Assembly (NCBI GenBank): GCA_012295275.1 | Contig: CM022670.1 | Coordinates: 1,798,001-1,862,000 of the forward strand | Reading direction: 5' to 3' | Origin: Chrysomallon squamiferum | Taxonomy: Eukaryota; Animalia; Mollusca | Length of the DNA stretch: 64,000 nucleotides | Shown: in pieces, positions 1 to 14,447 of the stretch | Layout of the letters: every line of letters begins with the position of its first letter | Position numbering within the stretch: position 1 is the stretch's first letter | The notes under the pieces: generated by a model | What the model was told of the DNA's origin: nothing | The model's database searches: none | Seen by the model: only the letters and a program-made list of their open reading frames with translations | Program-made: the position numbers and the translations under genes

Positions 1-904
1 TAATTAAATTAACTGTTTGTTAATTTATGGATATCAGTATATTATGTTATAATGCAATGTTAATGAAACTGACAGTTAATGAAACCACATGCGTAAGTAT
101 TATTCTGTTTCTGTGATAATAATGGTATTTATGATACGGTATGGTACTGTATGGTACGTCACGGTACAGTACAGCAGTATGTACATCAATTCTCTTCTTC
201 TTCACTTTCTTTTCTTCTTTGACTTCCTTCTCATCTTCTTAATTATTATTATTATTGATTATTATTATTATTATAAAAGGTTTTCTTACTTGTACTAAAG
301 AAGAATAAGCCTGTTCTTTCAAATTAACATTATAAAAGAGTTAATACAATTATGAGACTTCACAGGGCCACATTCTCAATGTTTCATAAACGCTACGGAT
401 CAATTATCCATCTTTCTTTCATTTACAAGGCCATGTCGACAGCTTTAATCATTTCTTATTTAAATTAACCTGCAGCATACTCTGCGCATCTCAACGAAAC
501 CCGTTGTCGTCGGTGATCATTTCCGCTAGTTCTGCAGTAACTGACAGTGTCTATTTTTCATTGGATAAAACTAATGATAGTGAAATAATTAACAAGATTT
601 ATTGCGGTTCTCAATGAAAAGTATTTAAGACAGACGGTTTATGGAGAAAACTCTCTTAGTATTTAAATTAAAAATGCTCTGATTGAGGGTTATCAGTCGT
701 AAACGGACAGAGGCTCTCATACCAAAAGATAATTTTCTGATACCTTATACTAAGACTGTCTCAAGTATTCAATTATGTCTGTCTGTCAGTCTGTCTGTTT
801 GTTTTTCCTTCTCTCTCGACCAATAATCAAAGATGCCTTTAAAACATCTAATAAATTAGCTATACAAATATTAATGAACAACAACCACACACACATACAT
901 ACAC

Positions 905-1208
<304 letters not shown>

Positions 1209-1706
1209 ACTCTTCGGTTTAATAAATGAGGCGAAAGCAAAAGAGAAAGCAAAAGATCTCAAGCAATAACTGAAGCCACTGTCTAGAGGCTTTCAAGAGG
1301 ATCACAAGTGTCAGATAACTGTTGACTCTAACGATCCAGAAGATGGAATTAATATTTAGATTCACGTTTAATTTTCGCGAGCAAACATCATATTTTCACG
1401 TGATTAACACTGTGTATGCAAACTGTTATTCAAACAAAATAACCGTTATTCCGGAACATCAAATATACGTTTACCATCTCTGAATAACAAATCTGGCAGA
1501 TATTTTCTCATAAATTAACTGTTAAGATAAGACAAACAGACAGATACATCTGGATTTATTCATAAGGTTGTTTTAACAAAGTTTTGAGAAATAAAAATAA
1601 AGGAAAGATAGGTCGTTAGACATAGAAAGAAAGAGGCAGTGATATAGATGAGAGAGAGAGAAAGGATGAAAAGATACGAGTGTGAACGAGAAAATGTGTA
1701 TGCAAG

Positions 1707-1709
<3 letters not shown>

Positions 1710-1790
<81 letters not shown>

Positions 1791-1900
1791 AGGGAGGGAG
1801 GGAGGGAGGGAGAGAGAGAGAGAGCTATAGAGAGAGAGAAAGAGAGAGAAAGAGAAAGAGAAAGGAGAGAGAAAGGAAGAGAGAAAGAGAGAGATAGAAA
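1710..1900. repeat. (AG)n/(AGGG)n polypurine tract
   Basis: Direct reading. Confidence 0.95.
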
Positions 1901-3074
1901 GAGATACACAAAGAGAGAATTCTCACATATGCTATTCTTTTTCACAGTCTACACATAATTAACAATAACAACAACAAGAACAATAATAAGAAGAAAACGT
2001 GTAGCAAATACACGTGAGGTAGAGCGAATCTTTAACAATCTGAGTTAGAAACTACATCAACGTTTAGAAATTCAGCAAAGACAACAAACTGAAATAGCTC
2101 TGCAAACTGATCTAACTTCTAAATACAATTTATTAATTCATGGTAATTTTACTTAATACTGTCTCACATATATCTCTCGAAAGTAATGCAACATGGCTTT
2201 TGTCATTTCCATGACTGAATTTTACGCCTATTGTCAGACTACGCGAACCTTTCTGTCACTAGATTCCTTGCAATTTAAATCTTTTCTGTACAGAAGAAGG
2301 ATCATGAGACTTTCGCCTTCGGTTCCCATTCAGTATTAAGGGACTAATAAATGTCACTACTGATCTTTGAAGAACCCAAATCAGCACTAATTAACAATTG
2401 TTATAAATGGAATCAGCGTGCAGGCGGTGCTATGAATAGTCTAACTCGGTTCCTATCTCAAGGCAGGATCGCACAGTTCGGCGTAATTCAGTTTTATATG
2501 TTAGCAAGTGGAGACGTTGACATCTCGAGTTGATGAAGAATTGTGTGCGCTGGTGACTGGTCGTATTTTCTACATATTCTATAGGGAATCAGAAAAAAAA
2601 AATCAATCCTATTTGTTGGATTGCTGTGATAAAGTTTTTGAATTTCAGTTTAGTACTTAGACTTGTGAATACTAAGTACTTTACAGTATAATTACACACA
2701 CACACACACGCGAAGATCTAGTGTCAAAAACATACATATACTAACACATTTTGAATAATTTTATTATGATTAACGAATTATCATAATGTATAAAGATCCA
2801 AGAATTAAAACGACAAACGTAACAACAGATTTACTTTATCAGATGTTTATTATTTTATTTAATCGATTGCTGATTGTTATCATTATAAAATTTCTTAATA
2901 TTGAATTGTATTATTAAACAGATTGGAATTTATACCAGTTCACTAAAGGCTGTACATAATCTGCATAGCGAAAGTTATTTTTTTATTTTATTATTATTCT
3001 TTGGGAACCACGGCTACTGCAAATAAAAATGCTATCCAGTTTTTGGTTACGAATATATACACCAACAACGAAAG

Positions 3075-3123
<49 letters not shown>

Positions 3124-4157
3124 TACGCACAAATGTCCACACACAAGTATCATTACACAAACACGCACTAATTCACTCACCTATTATACAAAAAATTTAT
3201 TCACGATTTTCTTTACACTTAGCTCTTTACGTTTCTGTTCTGGTTTCATTTCCTCCAATGCGGATATCCCTGTAAATAACAATAAAATTGCAATAAAAAC
3301 AAACACGAATTAGAGACTCAATTGCACGATCGTCGAATGGCTATGGAAATGAAAGAGCCGAGTTTTATTTTGTGCAAAAATTATTCGCTGAACGGAATAA
3401 AATCGTTTTATTTGCCGTTGTCCTTGCTTAATAGCCAGGCCATAAAGCAGCCCGCTACTTCATCTTCCCACTGAGGTGGCCCCGTTCTTGCGGCGATCAT
3501 TTAAATGTAAATTATTTGCTCTTGGTACAGAACTACGAGAGCCAGAAAAAAGAAAGACTTCTGCTTCTACGATAAAACGCGGACTTGGCCGGATTCAACA
3601 AGAGATGCCAGATAACAAAGTGACGACACCACGTCCAGCGAGCCAAGAGTTAATAACAACCTGATCACTGCAGGCCGGTGTTCGATATCGATCGTTGACT
3701 AACCACGATTTATAGGATTTCGGCGTGACAACAAGGGCAAAGAGAGGCAGGAATCTTATCAAACAGTTTGCAGACACGTACAACGGACTGCACGAGCTTT
3801 CACTTCAGAAGTCAGTTGCGTCTTTTCAAACTTGTTTTCGTGTTTTCATTTATGGTCCAAAAAAAGCCAATGACAGACAAATAAAAAGAAAAGCGAAAAT
3901 GAAAATGATATTTAAAAATGAAAAAAGAAAGAAAGAAAAAGATTTAAAAAAAACAAAAAATGTCGATTTCAGTATTAATAATAAGTCTATATATTCAGCT
4001 GTTTGGTGTTGAGTATATTGATCGTTGTATATCTAAAAGGTTTGTCTAAGAGTAAGTTAATTGTATTTATGTGTGAAAGAATATCATATATACTCACCCG
4101 TACACACACACACATACATACATACATTTTCTTTCATTCATCCTTCCATACACACAT

Positions 4158-4198
<41 letters not shown>

Positions 4199-6519
4199 CA
4201 TTCATACATACATACATAGGTACATACGTAATATATAAACACCTAAGACTGCTAGACATCAGTTTATTTTTTATACTGTCTGTTTATATCAGTAAATATC
4301 TACATTTTTCAAGTAGTTAAGCCATGGCTTGCAGAGTTTATTAGTACCAGTCTTCTTGGCTCAGACTGATCAGTGCTATTCAGCGGTGTTTTTCAGTTTT
4401 GTTATGACACCTTTTCATGGGAACGTTTTTAGCGGAAGTATGAACAATTTCTCAAATACAGTTCACAAATCACTCTACGACTCTGAACCTTTTGCTCTGC
4501 TGACCTTTAAAACATTTCTTTGACGCAACGAGAAAAACAGAACCAAAGAAAGAAAAAAACACGTGATTATTAGAACCGGTTTAAAATAACCCAACTGAAG
4601 CTAACGTCAACATAAGATAAAAAAAGAGAGAGAGAGAAAACGAGAAAGTTTGTTGTTTTAAACAGAATAGATAACATTGAATCTAAATTTGGAGCTGGTT
4701 AAGAAATAGCAATTTTGTTTCTTGTGCAACCGAATTAAAATAAGTTATTTAGAAAAGTTAAAGATAACAAAAAAAAAAAAAAAAAAAAAATAATAATAAG
4801 AAGAAGAAGACAGATTTTATCTTGAAATGAGGAGATAATATCTAGAATACATTTAGTGATGGTTCATGATGACTGTTTTCATTTCTTGTGAAAATTTAAG
4901 TACATGTTTCGTGTATTAATTAACACTAAGACAATCATCAAGTGTACGCATGCATGTATAATGTATTTGTAATAAACGATGATTTTTCTTCAAATTATTC
5001 AAAAAATATTCTCCGTAGTTTTCAAGCAGAACTGATAGTCAATCGTTTTCTATCCGAACGAATTGCAGAACCTGTTTTAAAATGTTAGGATTACTACTTT
5101 TATATCCGATAGTTTCAGAGCATTTGTTAAATCTTTTTGTGGCAACAACTTACTGAAAAGCAACGATTTTGACATCAGATTGTTTGGAAGCAATTAATTT
5201 CCTAAATCGAATGGGTATGTGGTATAATTATGTACGAATATGTATCAATGGATGGTCAATCACATGAACTTACCACTATGTTTGCATATTGCATGCATGT
5301 ATGTTTGTCTGTATATATGTATGTATGTATGTATATATGCATGTCTGTATGTATGTGTGTATGTATGTATGAATGTATGTATCATTTTATGTTAAAATAA
5401 ATCAAAACCACACAGTAAGTGATTGCATCCACATTTATTTACATCGCTAAAAATTCAACAAATATATATTTGAACCAAATTTTCATGTGTCTTCTAACAT
5501 AAATACAAAGAAATCAACATATCAGTGGACATAATCGTAAAAATAGATTTTGAAAATAATTATTGAAATTTTTTGTTAATTATCACTTATTTTTTATGTG
5601 AATATAAAGTCATATCATTTAAATTTTTTTAAAAAGTATTGCCTATGGTCAGTTCAACATAAGTATTCATATGAACAGCATCTACATGACTTTTGTTTTA
5701 TTTGAGTATCTAACAAACGATTAAATATTACATTAAAAATAAAATAAAATACCATGAGTATGAAACGTTTAAATATTTGTTTTATGAAATGTACAATAAT
5801 ATAAAAAAAACAATTGTATGTGATGAAATTCAGAATATATCCAGGTTTTCAACAGGTTTGGATTACTTGAAGAATCAAAATTTTTAATGGCATTAGAAAA
5901 ATGAAGGTGAATGCATTCTGCTAGTGGAAACCCAATTAAAACTCCTGGTACTGTCTCTCAGTACAATAACTTACACAACGTAGCAGTTTGATCTGCTGAT
6001 AGTTCACCTAAGTAAAAAGCAAGTATGTGTGTGTGTGTGTGTGTGTGTGAGTGAGTGTGTTTCTGTGTGTGTGTGTGTGTGTGTTCCAATACCTGTAAAA
6101 ATACCAGTTATATATATAGATAAAAAAAAGAACCCACGGATTTCCGAAGTACATGGAATGTTTGTTGAAAGTGTGTTCAAGATCTTTTTTATGATTTGAA
6201 AATAATTAATACCCGTTTGAAGGACTTCGTTGTTGCTGTTTTTAGTTCCAGTCCACGTAGATCCAAGAATGTTTCCACGACCATTTAAACGGACGTCAGC
6301 GGAAATAATTAATAAATGACTTGCTGCTGCGGGACCTAACACCGCGGGATCCAGTGATGTGGCTGGCGAAATGACTGACTTCTGACTTGCCTAATGTGCA
6401 CATATGAAAGAATAAATCACATTTTAGTCCCTGGCAAGCAGGGGTTTGTTGTTTTCATTGCTTTGACATTTCAAATGGGATTTTTTTCTTTTTTTCTTTT
6501 TCTTTCTTTCTTTTATTTC

Positions 6520-6556
<37 letters not shown>

Positions 6557-6648
6557 TTTTAACATAATTCGTAATTTTTTATTTGTGAAACGAAATAAAA
6601 TATGAAACGGACGATTAATAGTTTGCGATATAGAATATCTAATAAAGT

Positions 6649-6762
<114 letters not shown>

Positions 6763-7874
6763 GTTTATTCCCTGCTTCCATTGTGATAATTTTATATGAT
6801 TCCTACCGCGAAAGAATCAAATCATTTTGAAATATTGTCATATCAAACAATATTAAGTCACTGTTATATTAATACTAGATTCGAAAAGCTAGAAATTAAC
6901 TGCAAAATTTTAATATTTCCTTTTTGACACCTATGTTATTGAAAGTATAGAAAACAGGTAATATATTTTAAAATTGATGCTTGAATAATAAAAAATACTC
7001 GGACTTTATTCAGTGAGAACAAGACATTATGAAATAAGGTACTGAAGATAATTACAAATATTGTTTATCACAAGACATATTTGCCAGCTGATAAATCAGC
7101 GGCGATCACAAAGTAGATTTGAATAAAACAAAAAATACTAATAATATGTGCATGACTGAAGTAAATGTACAACAGGTTATTGCAATAAGTGTATGTGCCT
7201 TTTGTCATGTATATCTCAACAAACAACCCAACATCTGGATGACGCATCCAGTTCTGCCAGTTTTAAAAAATTTGATAATATTTTTGAAACTAGGCACACT
7301 GCATATTTCTAACTATGCATTTCATAGTGCTTAATAACAGGACAAAATAGTTTTATTTGCATCGTCAAACATTTGAACAAGTAACACATTAGATCTCTAT
7401 AATGATAACGTTTAGGATCACAAAAAGGATTTGCATGCCATTTTATATTACAAATGATGTGTATGTAGTTATCCAGAAGAGAAAAAAAATATTGATACTG
7501 CCGAATAAACAGGTGTATTTTCTTCTCCACAAAAACAATCGTTGGTTATTTGCAGTTCACAAATCTCAGTGAGCTGATGTTGGCAAACCAATACAAAACT
7601 GAGATTTTAACGAAATCTAAACATTTCTTCCTTTTTTCAAACAATAATTAGAATATATGTTATCATTCTTCTTGAAATATATATATATATATATATATTT
7701 GTTTCTGAAAACAATGAGCATAATCCTCATAAAACAACGACTGTATGGCATTACACTTTCAGTGATCTGGTCATTCATTCTAGTAAAACGAGTTTCTGTC
7801 ATCACTCAGTAGCAGATAACGTCTGTACCCTTAAATTAGAATATTTCCTTTCTAAACACAGTGGCCCATCGCTA

Positions 7875-8709
7875 TCACACTTCCTCGCCAATCTGGTTTG
7901 TTTGTAGTTTGAGGAGATAATCTATCGCCACTGACATTTTCTTATTCCTCGCACGAATTTCGTCTAGCCGCGTCTGTAATTCTAGTTCTGATTTTTTCCA
8001 CAGGACCAGAAGGTCCTCTTTAGACAAGGCCTCGATGGTACATTCGTCTAGGAACTCGACAGGGATGTGGGACTGATACCCTGACAGTGCATGCCTACGT
8101 AAGGTGGATTTCACTCTGTTGTCTTTTAAATGAAGACTTCTCTGGAAGTAATCCATCGGTTGATAGTCTTCGGTTAACGTTCCTTTCATATAGTTCTTAG
8201 AATTTGTTTCTTGAGTCTCCTGAGGATTACTGTCAGGAAGACCCGGGGCTGAAGACAACGCTCTCCCTTTATCGTTAACTGTTCCGTCGGAAATGACCCA
8301 GATGTCGTTGTTGATGCTTCTGGATGAGTTGTTGTTGCTGCTGCTGCTTAAGTTGATAGCAGAGTCCTGCGATTTCGTCGTCTCTGGTGATTTCTGCTTC
8401 AGAGTCGGCCAAGTGGAGTAGAATTTTGTTAAACGACGGGGAGGTGAACGGTCGTTTCCAGCGACGTCATCTCCTTCAAATACTTCATCGGTCTGTGAAT
8501 TGTTGTGGTGGATGTTGCCAACTCGTGGGCGATAATCGTCAGGATGGTACGCTTCGTTGTGGGCACCCTCGACGCTGCTGTTAGAAGAGTTGTCCAAATC
8601 CACAGGGCTGTCGTTAATCATTATGATGATGCGGCTGTTGGTGACGTGGTCTTCAATAGTTTCTTCTATCTGGTCGTCGGAGTGGACTGACTTTAGTTGC
8701 CGCTGATAA
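7875..8709 (-). CDS. GluN3-like subunit, terminal coding exon 9 (disordered C-tail with terminal coiled-coil-like helix)
   Basis: ctttttttcAG|T TAT CAG (phase 2) extends the 248-aa ORF 7875..8621 upstream without stops; Ser/Asn/Asp-rich; ends ...LQTNQIGEEV*; 835 nt. Confidence 0.85.
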
Positions 8710-9638
8710 CTGAAAAAAAGAGATAAAAATTAAATATAAATGATTAGATTACTTAAACTGCTTAATTATTATGTGCTGCATTTAAAACTACTTCTAATAC
8801 TGTTACAACAACGACAATAACATTACTGTTGACATTTCTACTGCTGTTACTACAACTACTACAGTTTCTATTTCTGTTTCTACTTCTATTACTACTACTA
8901 CTACTATTACAAGGACTGCTGCAGCTACTACTCTGCTATTGATACTACTATTACTACTACTACTACTACTACTACCAGTTCTACTACGGTTTTGAACAAA
9001 CGTATTTCAAAAATATATTTAAACAAATAAAAAATTAAAATCCTGAATATACCCACAAGAGAACATCTGAAATTTCCTGCTTAATATGCTCAAGAAATAA
9101 AAGCATCCTATAGTCAGAATGATTTACATGGGTTTTTAACAGTATTTATAGCTGAAAAACAAGTCAATAAAAAACATGCATACAATGAAAGTGTAAAGAA
9201 ACAAATGTAAGTCCTAAACATCCAAATAAATTCTATATCTGCTGCCTGACTTGGGACCACAGACAACAGTGAAAACACATTTTTATATGATTCAAAGCAA
9301 GGGAAACCGTTAAACCATAAACAGGTTTCAGTTTTATTACTTATTTATTCAAGTTTGATTTGACTGCTTTAAAATTTTATTTCTGCTTTTAATACTTCTA
9401 TCTGAAAAACCGTAATAATAATAAACAAATAAGATAAAACAATAAAATAAACAAACAAACAAACAAACAAACAAACAAATAAATAAACGAAAAAATGGAA
9501 TACACAGACGATATACATTAATGAAGTGAATATAAATCGGTTTTGTGAAGTAAAACAGCAACATCAAAACAAAACAAAAACAAAAATAAGAAGGAGGAAA
9601 AGAAGAAAAAGTCAGAAAAGAGACAGAAATAATCTCAC

Positions 9639-9706
9639 CTGACAATGTTCGCTGTCAATTCCTGAAACATTTCAGCTTTAGATTTCTCCTTTTTCTTTGG
9701 TATTTT
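9639..9706 (-). CDS. GluN3-like subunit, coding exon 8 (C-tail)
   Basis: tattatAG|AAA ATA CCA...; KIPKKKEKSKAEMFQELTANIV(S); strong donor AG|GTGAGA; phase 0 in, phase 2 out, which matches the last exon; 68 nt. Confidence 0.8.
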
Positions 9707-9707
9707 C

Positions 9708-9754
<47 letters not shown>

Positions 9755-9867
9755 CTATAACAGTAATAATAACAACAACATTATTAACGATAATAATAAT
9801 AATGAATGAAGATTTTGTTAATGCATTTCAAATCTTTTCATCTCTCTCTCTCTCTCTTTCTCTCTCT

Positions 9868-9912
<45 letters not shown>

Positions 9913-9984
9913 AATAAATAAATCTGTAAATCTGTCTAAATAAATCTGAATAAATAAATAAATGAATAAAAACATCTACTTTAC

Positions 9985-10108
9985 TCTTTTTAACTCTTGT
10001 TTCTGAATAAGACGTGTGAAGTCTTTTTTTTTTTTTTTTTCATCATCTCCTGAGCTGTTTCTTTTTGTGAGTTACAGTCTCTCAAAATGATACTACCCGA
10101 TACAGTCT
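9985..10108 (-). CDS. GluN3-like subunit, exon 7 (proximal C-tail), reading frame disrupted as given
   Basis: tttgttacacAG|AGA CTG TAT CGG GTA gives SQ|RLYRVV (GluN3 has SQRLHRA); the 3' end reads DFTRLIQKQELKR|GTAAAG in phase 0. However the length is 124 nt (not 3n), there is an in-frame TGA at 10084-10082 and an A17 run at 10040-10024. Confidence 0.65.
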
Positions 10109-10120
10109 CTGTGTAACAAA

Positions 10121-10167
<47 letters not shown>

Positions 10168-11394
10168 ATGAATAAATGAATAAATAAATATATAAATAAA
10201 AACTAATATAAAAATATTACTTAACTAAAAATTAAAATATGATTATGTTAATATAACATAGCAATAAAATTCATCCGTTTTAATATTATACTGCAGTATC
10301 TATATCTATTCGGTGATAGATCAAAGATAATGTAGTAGTTCATAGTTCACCAGTCTTTGGGGAAATGCAAGCTTTAGTCTGAAAAAGCTTTATGAAAAAA
10401 CTCAAAGATGAAAGGAGTGTATATATCGAAAGTTATCCCTTGTTTATTAGTTAAAGTGTGCATTTCGTTGTTCGAAGAAATAGCGTTCATTTATTTTGTC
10501 TATTTTATTTATTTATGGGACACTAATGTTTGTTAAAAACTGAATGTGGGAATTATAATCAGAAGTAGCGTGTGAGAAGAGATTTATTTGTTTAATGATC
10601 CCAGTTCACGCATAGCAACTCACTAGATCACAACCACCCCAGCTAATGTAAAAGAAAACATGTGATAAACTGTACACGAAACGAATTCACATGAACTAAA
10701 GCTGACCATTTAGTGTATTTAAATAAATGATACATTAGATACAATATTATATTATGTATATAAGTGTATTAACGAGTGTATATACAACGTATTGAGAATA
10801 AAGACTGAAAACATTAACAATTGCTGGTAAAATATACTATATATATATATATAAACACACTGAAAGAAATATTTGCAATTTTACATAAAGCATATCAAAA
10901 TCTTAAAATACCATAAAACTGAAAAATCAACTGTTGTACATAAAAATGAACAATTTTACATAAAACGTACTAAGAGCTGGTACATAAATCACCGAAAAAC
11001 ACCATTAAACAGAAGAAAAAAAATGAGCTGTTGGACACAAAACATATTGAGAAAAACATTAGACTGAATACAAAACACACTGCAAAGTCAACTGGATGGC
11101 TTTCGATAATTGAAGAGGATCTTGATTACATGATTTATCAACCTCGAGTACGATTACATCTGACTACATGGAACTCTACACCGACATCAACGTATCCATC
11201 ACGCCTGTAATTGGAGTGTCGTCTAGCACACTGTCCTGCTATCGGAAATCGACCAAGGGAATCACGTTTAATCGTATTTGAAGATAATTGATGGAATATG
11301 ATAGGCTGGACTGCAGTAAATCATGTCTGTTTTCTATCGGGTATTACATCAGTGGGACGTTTGATATGCATTCGGCTAATCTCTGATCCTTTTG

Positions 11395-11949
11395 TAACGG
11401 GACTTTTCAAAAGAAATAATAAATCATCTTTAATCGTTTACGATGCTGAAGAATTTATGACAACAACAAAAAATGTCTGTTATTTTTTAAACTTGTTTAT
11501 TTACAGAGGAAGAAATAAAGGGATTTTGTGATAACTTGAGAAGATAATAAAACAGCGTTAACTGACAATGGTGATTACGGATTAGTGACGGCAAAGTCTG
11601 TATAATTTGTTTTGGTTTGTTTATTAAGAGATAATAAATGGCTATTAATAGTGATAAAAGAGATTTTTTGGTGATAACTTAATATTTTAATAAAATAACT
11701 GTTATCGGTGTTGATAATAATGGATTTGTGACAGCAGTTTGTTCATTTTTGATTTTCAAAGAATTAATAAATGAATTTTAATCAATAATTTCTTTTTTTT
11801 TTTTTTTTTTTTTTACAAGAAAAGAAAGGGTTTGTGGCGTTTTTCAGTTAACACATAAAAATAAAAAAAAAATTAAAAATTTAAATATAAAAAAATAAAA
11901 TAAAATAAATAAAAGATATAATAAGTAAATAAATAAATAAATAAAAATA

Positions 11950-11995
<46 letters not shown>

Positions 11996-12160
11996 TACAG
12001 AAAATACGACAAGGTTATGTTGATTTTGATTTTCAAAAGAATAATAAATAAACTTTAACTAAGAATTATAACAATAGTTTGTGTTATGTTTGGTTTTGAA
12101 AGGAATAATATATGCTATTTAATCAATAATGATAATATTCGATTTGTGGCTATTGGTGGC
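11395..12160. repeat. Degenerate tandem repeats in intron 6
   Basis: Several copies of 'GATTTGTGAC..AGTTTGT...TTTGATTTTCAAA(A)GAA(T)AATAAAT...TTTAATC', interrupted by polyT and (AAT)n. Confidence 0.5.
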
Positions 12161-13380
12161 TTTATATATATATATATATTTTTTTTCTTTCTTTATAGGG
12201 TTAAGTTAATAAAACAAGAATAAAAAAACCAGACAAATTTGTTATCTACAGAACATGCTGTTTGTTACTACATACAAAATTGAATAAAGATGCACACTCT
12301 TCAGAAATTAAAAAAGAAACAAATCTAATAACGATATTTTAATGACATTTTATTTCCTGCTTCAACGAATACGTGATCTAGAAAAATGAAATCTGACGAC
12401 TCTATAACCGGATAAGAAGAAAGTTTATTTTGTTTAACAAGATCACAAGCTCGCATCGATTCATTTAATCACTGGCTGTTTGATGTCAAACATTTGGTAA
12501 TTGCGACATGCGATTTTCAGACGTAACTCTACGTTTTCCATCACAGACAGGAGTCTTTTACAATCACGGGAAATGGCAGAATGGAACATCGAAATGGATC
12601 AATTAGAGGCTGATCGAACAGCTGGCGAGCACATTTTCTTTTTCACCACTTAATCTAAAATGGACAGCGACAGCCACGTGATATTCCTTAGGTTAGAATG
12701 GCCGAAGGATCAGTTCTTTTCGGAGCTTTTTCCCGATCAAGCCATTGTTACATGACTAGTCAAAGCCGTCTAATATGCATTCACGTATAAGAGAAGATGC
12801 ACATAAAAAGAATCTAATATTTTTGATATAACAATGTAGCCCCTTTTATGTGAGCATTGGATTTCCTCTTTGGTTAACTGTATGGCTCTTAACTTTCATG
12901 TAACCGCAGATTAAATAGGTGTTAAGTGCGTCAGTAAGTAGAAGAAATAAAAAATGTCCTTCCTACCATGTAAGCCAAAGTGATTCGTGAGAACCCAGAG
13001 AAGGTTATTTCTTTCTTGTATTTTTCATCAAGTGGTTCCAGTCGCTTAAGAGTTACAACAGTATTTCTTTTTTTACTTTTCATTCGTTTTGATAAGTATT
13101 CAGAACTGAAAATATGTTATAACATTTTCTTTCTTTCTTTCTTTTTTTTTTTTTTTTTTTTTTTTTACTAATATACACATTGTTTTTTGTTTTGTTTTTA
13201 CAAAAGTTTAATATATATATTTTTTCATTAAGGAAATTTTAATAAATAAAAATAAATAGTAACCTCCTAATATAAATTCTAACGTATCAGCTTGGCAGTA
13301 AAAAACATCACAACATATTACTTAGAAGAGAAAAATCCCACTGTCGTTCACGTTTGATAATAAACTACAGTTAAACAGAC

Positions 13381-13668
13381 CTGACTGAGAAACGCAAGAT
13401 TCTCGCTCTTCCACCAGCTGCTGCTGTTTTTCTTTCTGATCCACGGAACGAAGTATCTGTAAGCTGCATGTTCCACGAATATCAGAAGTATGGAGATGAT
13501 GACAGAGGTGGACAGGATTATGAAGAGACCGCCCGTGTGTTCCATGCCGTACTGGACAGCGCTGTTTGCTAGGATCCCGTCGCACTTTGGTCTGGTCAGG
13601 TACGTCCTCGTTAGGTCTGTTAACACGCCTGACTCGGAGTACTCGAGTATGCGGTTAGATAACGGTAC
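13381..13668 (-). CDS. GluN3-like subunit, coding exon 6 (end of S2, M4)
   Basis: gttctgtttcAG|GTA CCG; VPLSNRILEYSESGVLTDL...KC...YGMEHTGGLFIILSTSVIISILLIFVEHAAYR (M4, similar to GluN3 'GIKHFSGLF...EHIVYR'); donor CAG|GTCTGT; phase 0/0, 288 nt. Confidence 0.95.
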
Positions 13669-14275
13669 CTGAAACAGAACAACTGAAGTTTAAAGTTTAT
13701 GAAGACAAAAGCTCTGATAATTCTTTTTAATCTCTGTTATGCACTGAATTCTGGTCTAACAACATGCCAAGAGCAAATAGATTAAATTTCCGTCAACAGG
13801 TTTTTAAATAAAAAAAAATTATATAACGACATTGAAAACACTGATTGATTTTTCTGTCCTCGTCCCATGTAAAGTATTTGTACAACGACAACATCGAAGC
13901 AAACTGATTAATCATCTGCTGTAAGTAAAACATTTGTTTAAGGACACCTCTGAAATATTAAGTTTCCATCGTCGGCTGTTGCAAACAAAATACTTTTTTA
14001 AATCATCATCGGCAGTTCAAACAGAAAAGATTTAAAAATTTGACCAAGCAAGTCGTACACGTTAACAAGTATTTTACTAAACAAACGAAAAAAAAAAAAA
14101 GCGGGAAGAACTGATTTTAAAATATGTTATGGTCTATGAAAAACGAAGAAGGGAAAGAAAAAAGAAAAGAAAACGAAACGAAAGCTGGGTGCGTGTATGA
14201 TTCGTTGAATAAAGTCCCAATGAGTCTGAACTACGCTATTTTGTGTTAGTACTTGCGACGAGAAAGTATCCGAAC

Positions 14276-14426
14276 CTGAAGCCAAGAGAATCTCTGAAGA
14301 CCAAAGGCGTATCCGTCTGTTCCAAAACCTTTTCCAACAAAGCGAACACTGCAGGACTGGTCAAGTCTGGACACAGCATATTCCAGCAGTGGACTGTCGT
14401 CCAAATACACGTCTATCTCACGAGCT
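14276..14426 (-). CDS. GluN3-like subunit, coding exon 5 (S2)
   Basis: atcAG|A GCT CGT (phase 2); AREIDVYLDDSPLLEYAVSRLDQSCSVRFVGKGFGTDGYAFGLQRFSWLQ matches the S2 pattern 'D...L.Y....C....G..F...GY..G'; donor CAG|GTTCGG, phase 0, 151 nt. Confidence 0.93.
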
Positions 14427-14447
14427 CTGATAATATGCAATATAAAA

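Noticed and set aside
3230-3860. Exons of a neighbouring gene (acceptor-like site near 3269; short ORFs 3476-4012)
   Set aside because: No recognisable homology and no consistent exon chain; may be regulatory but unsupported.
9053-9152. Possible extra exon between exons 8 and 9 (MLLFLEHIKQEISDVLLW frame)
   Set aside because: Weak donor and stops in most frames; exons 8 and 9 already join in phase.
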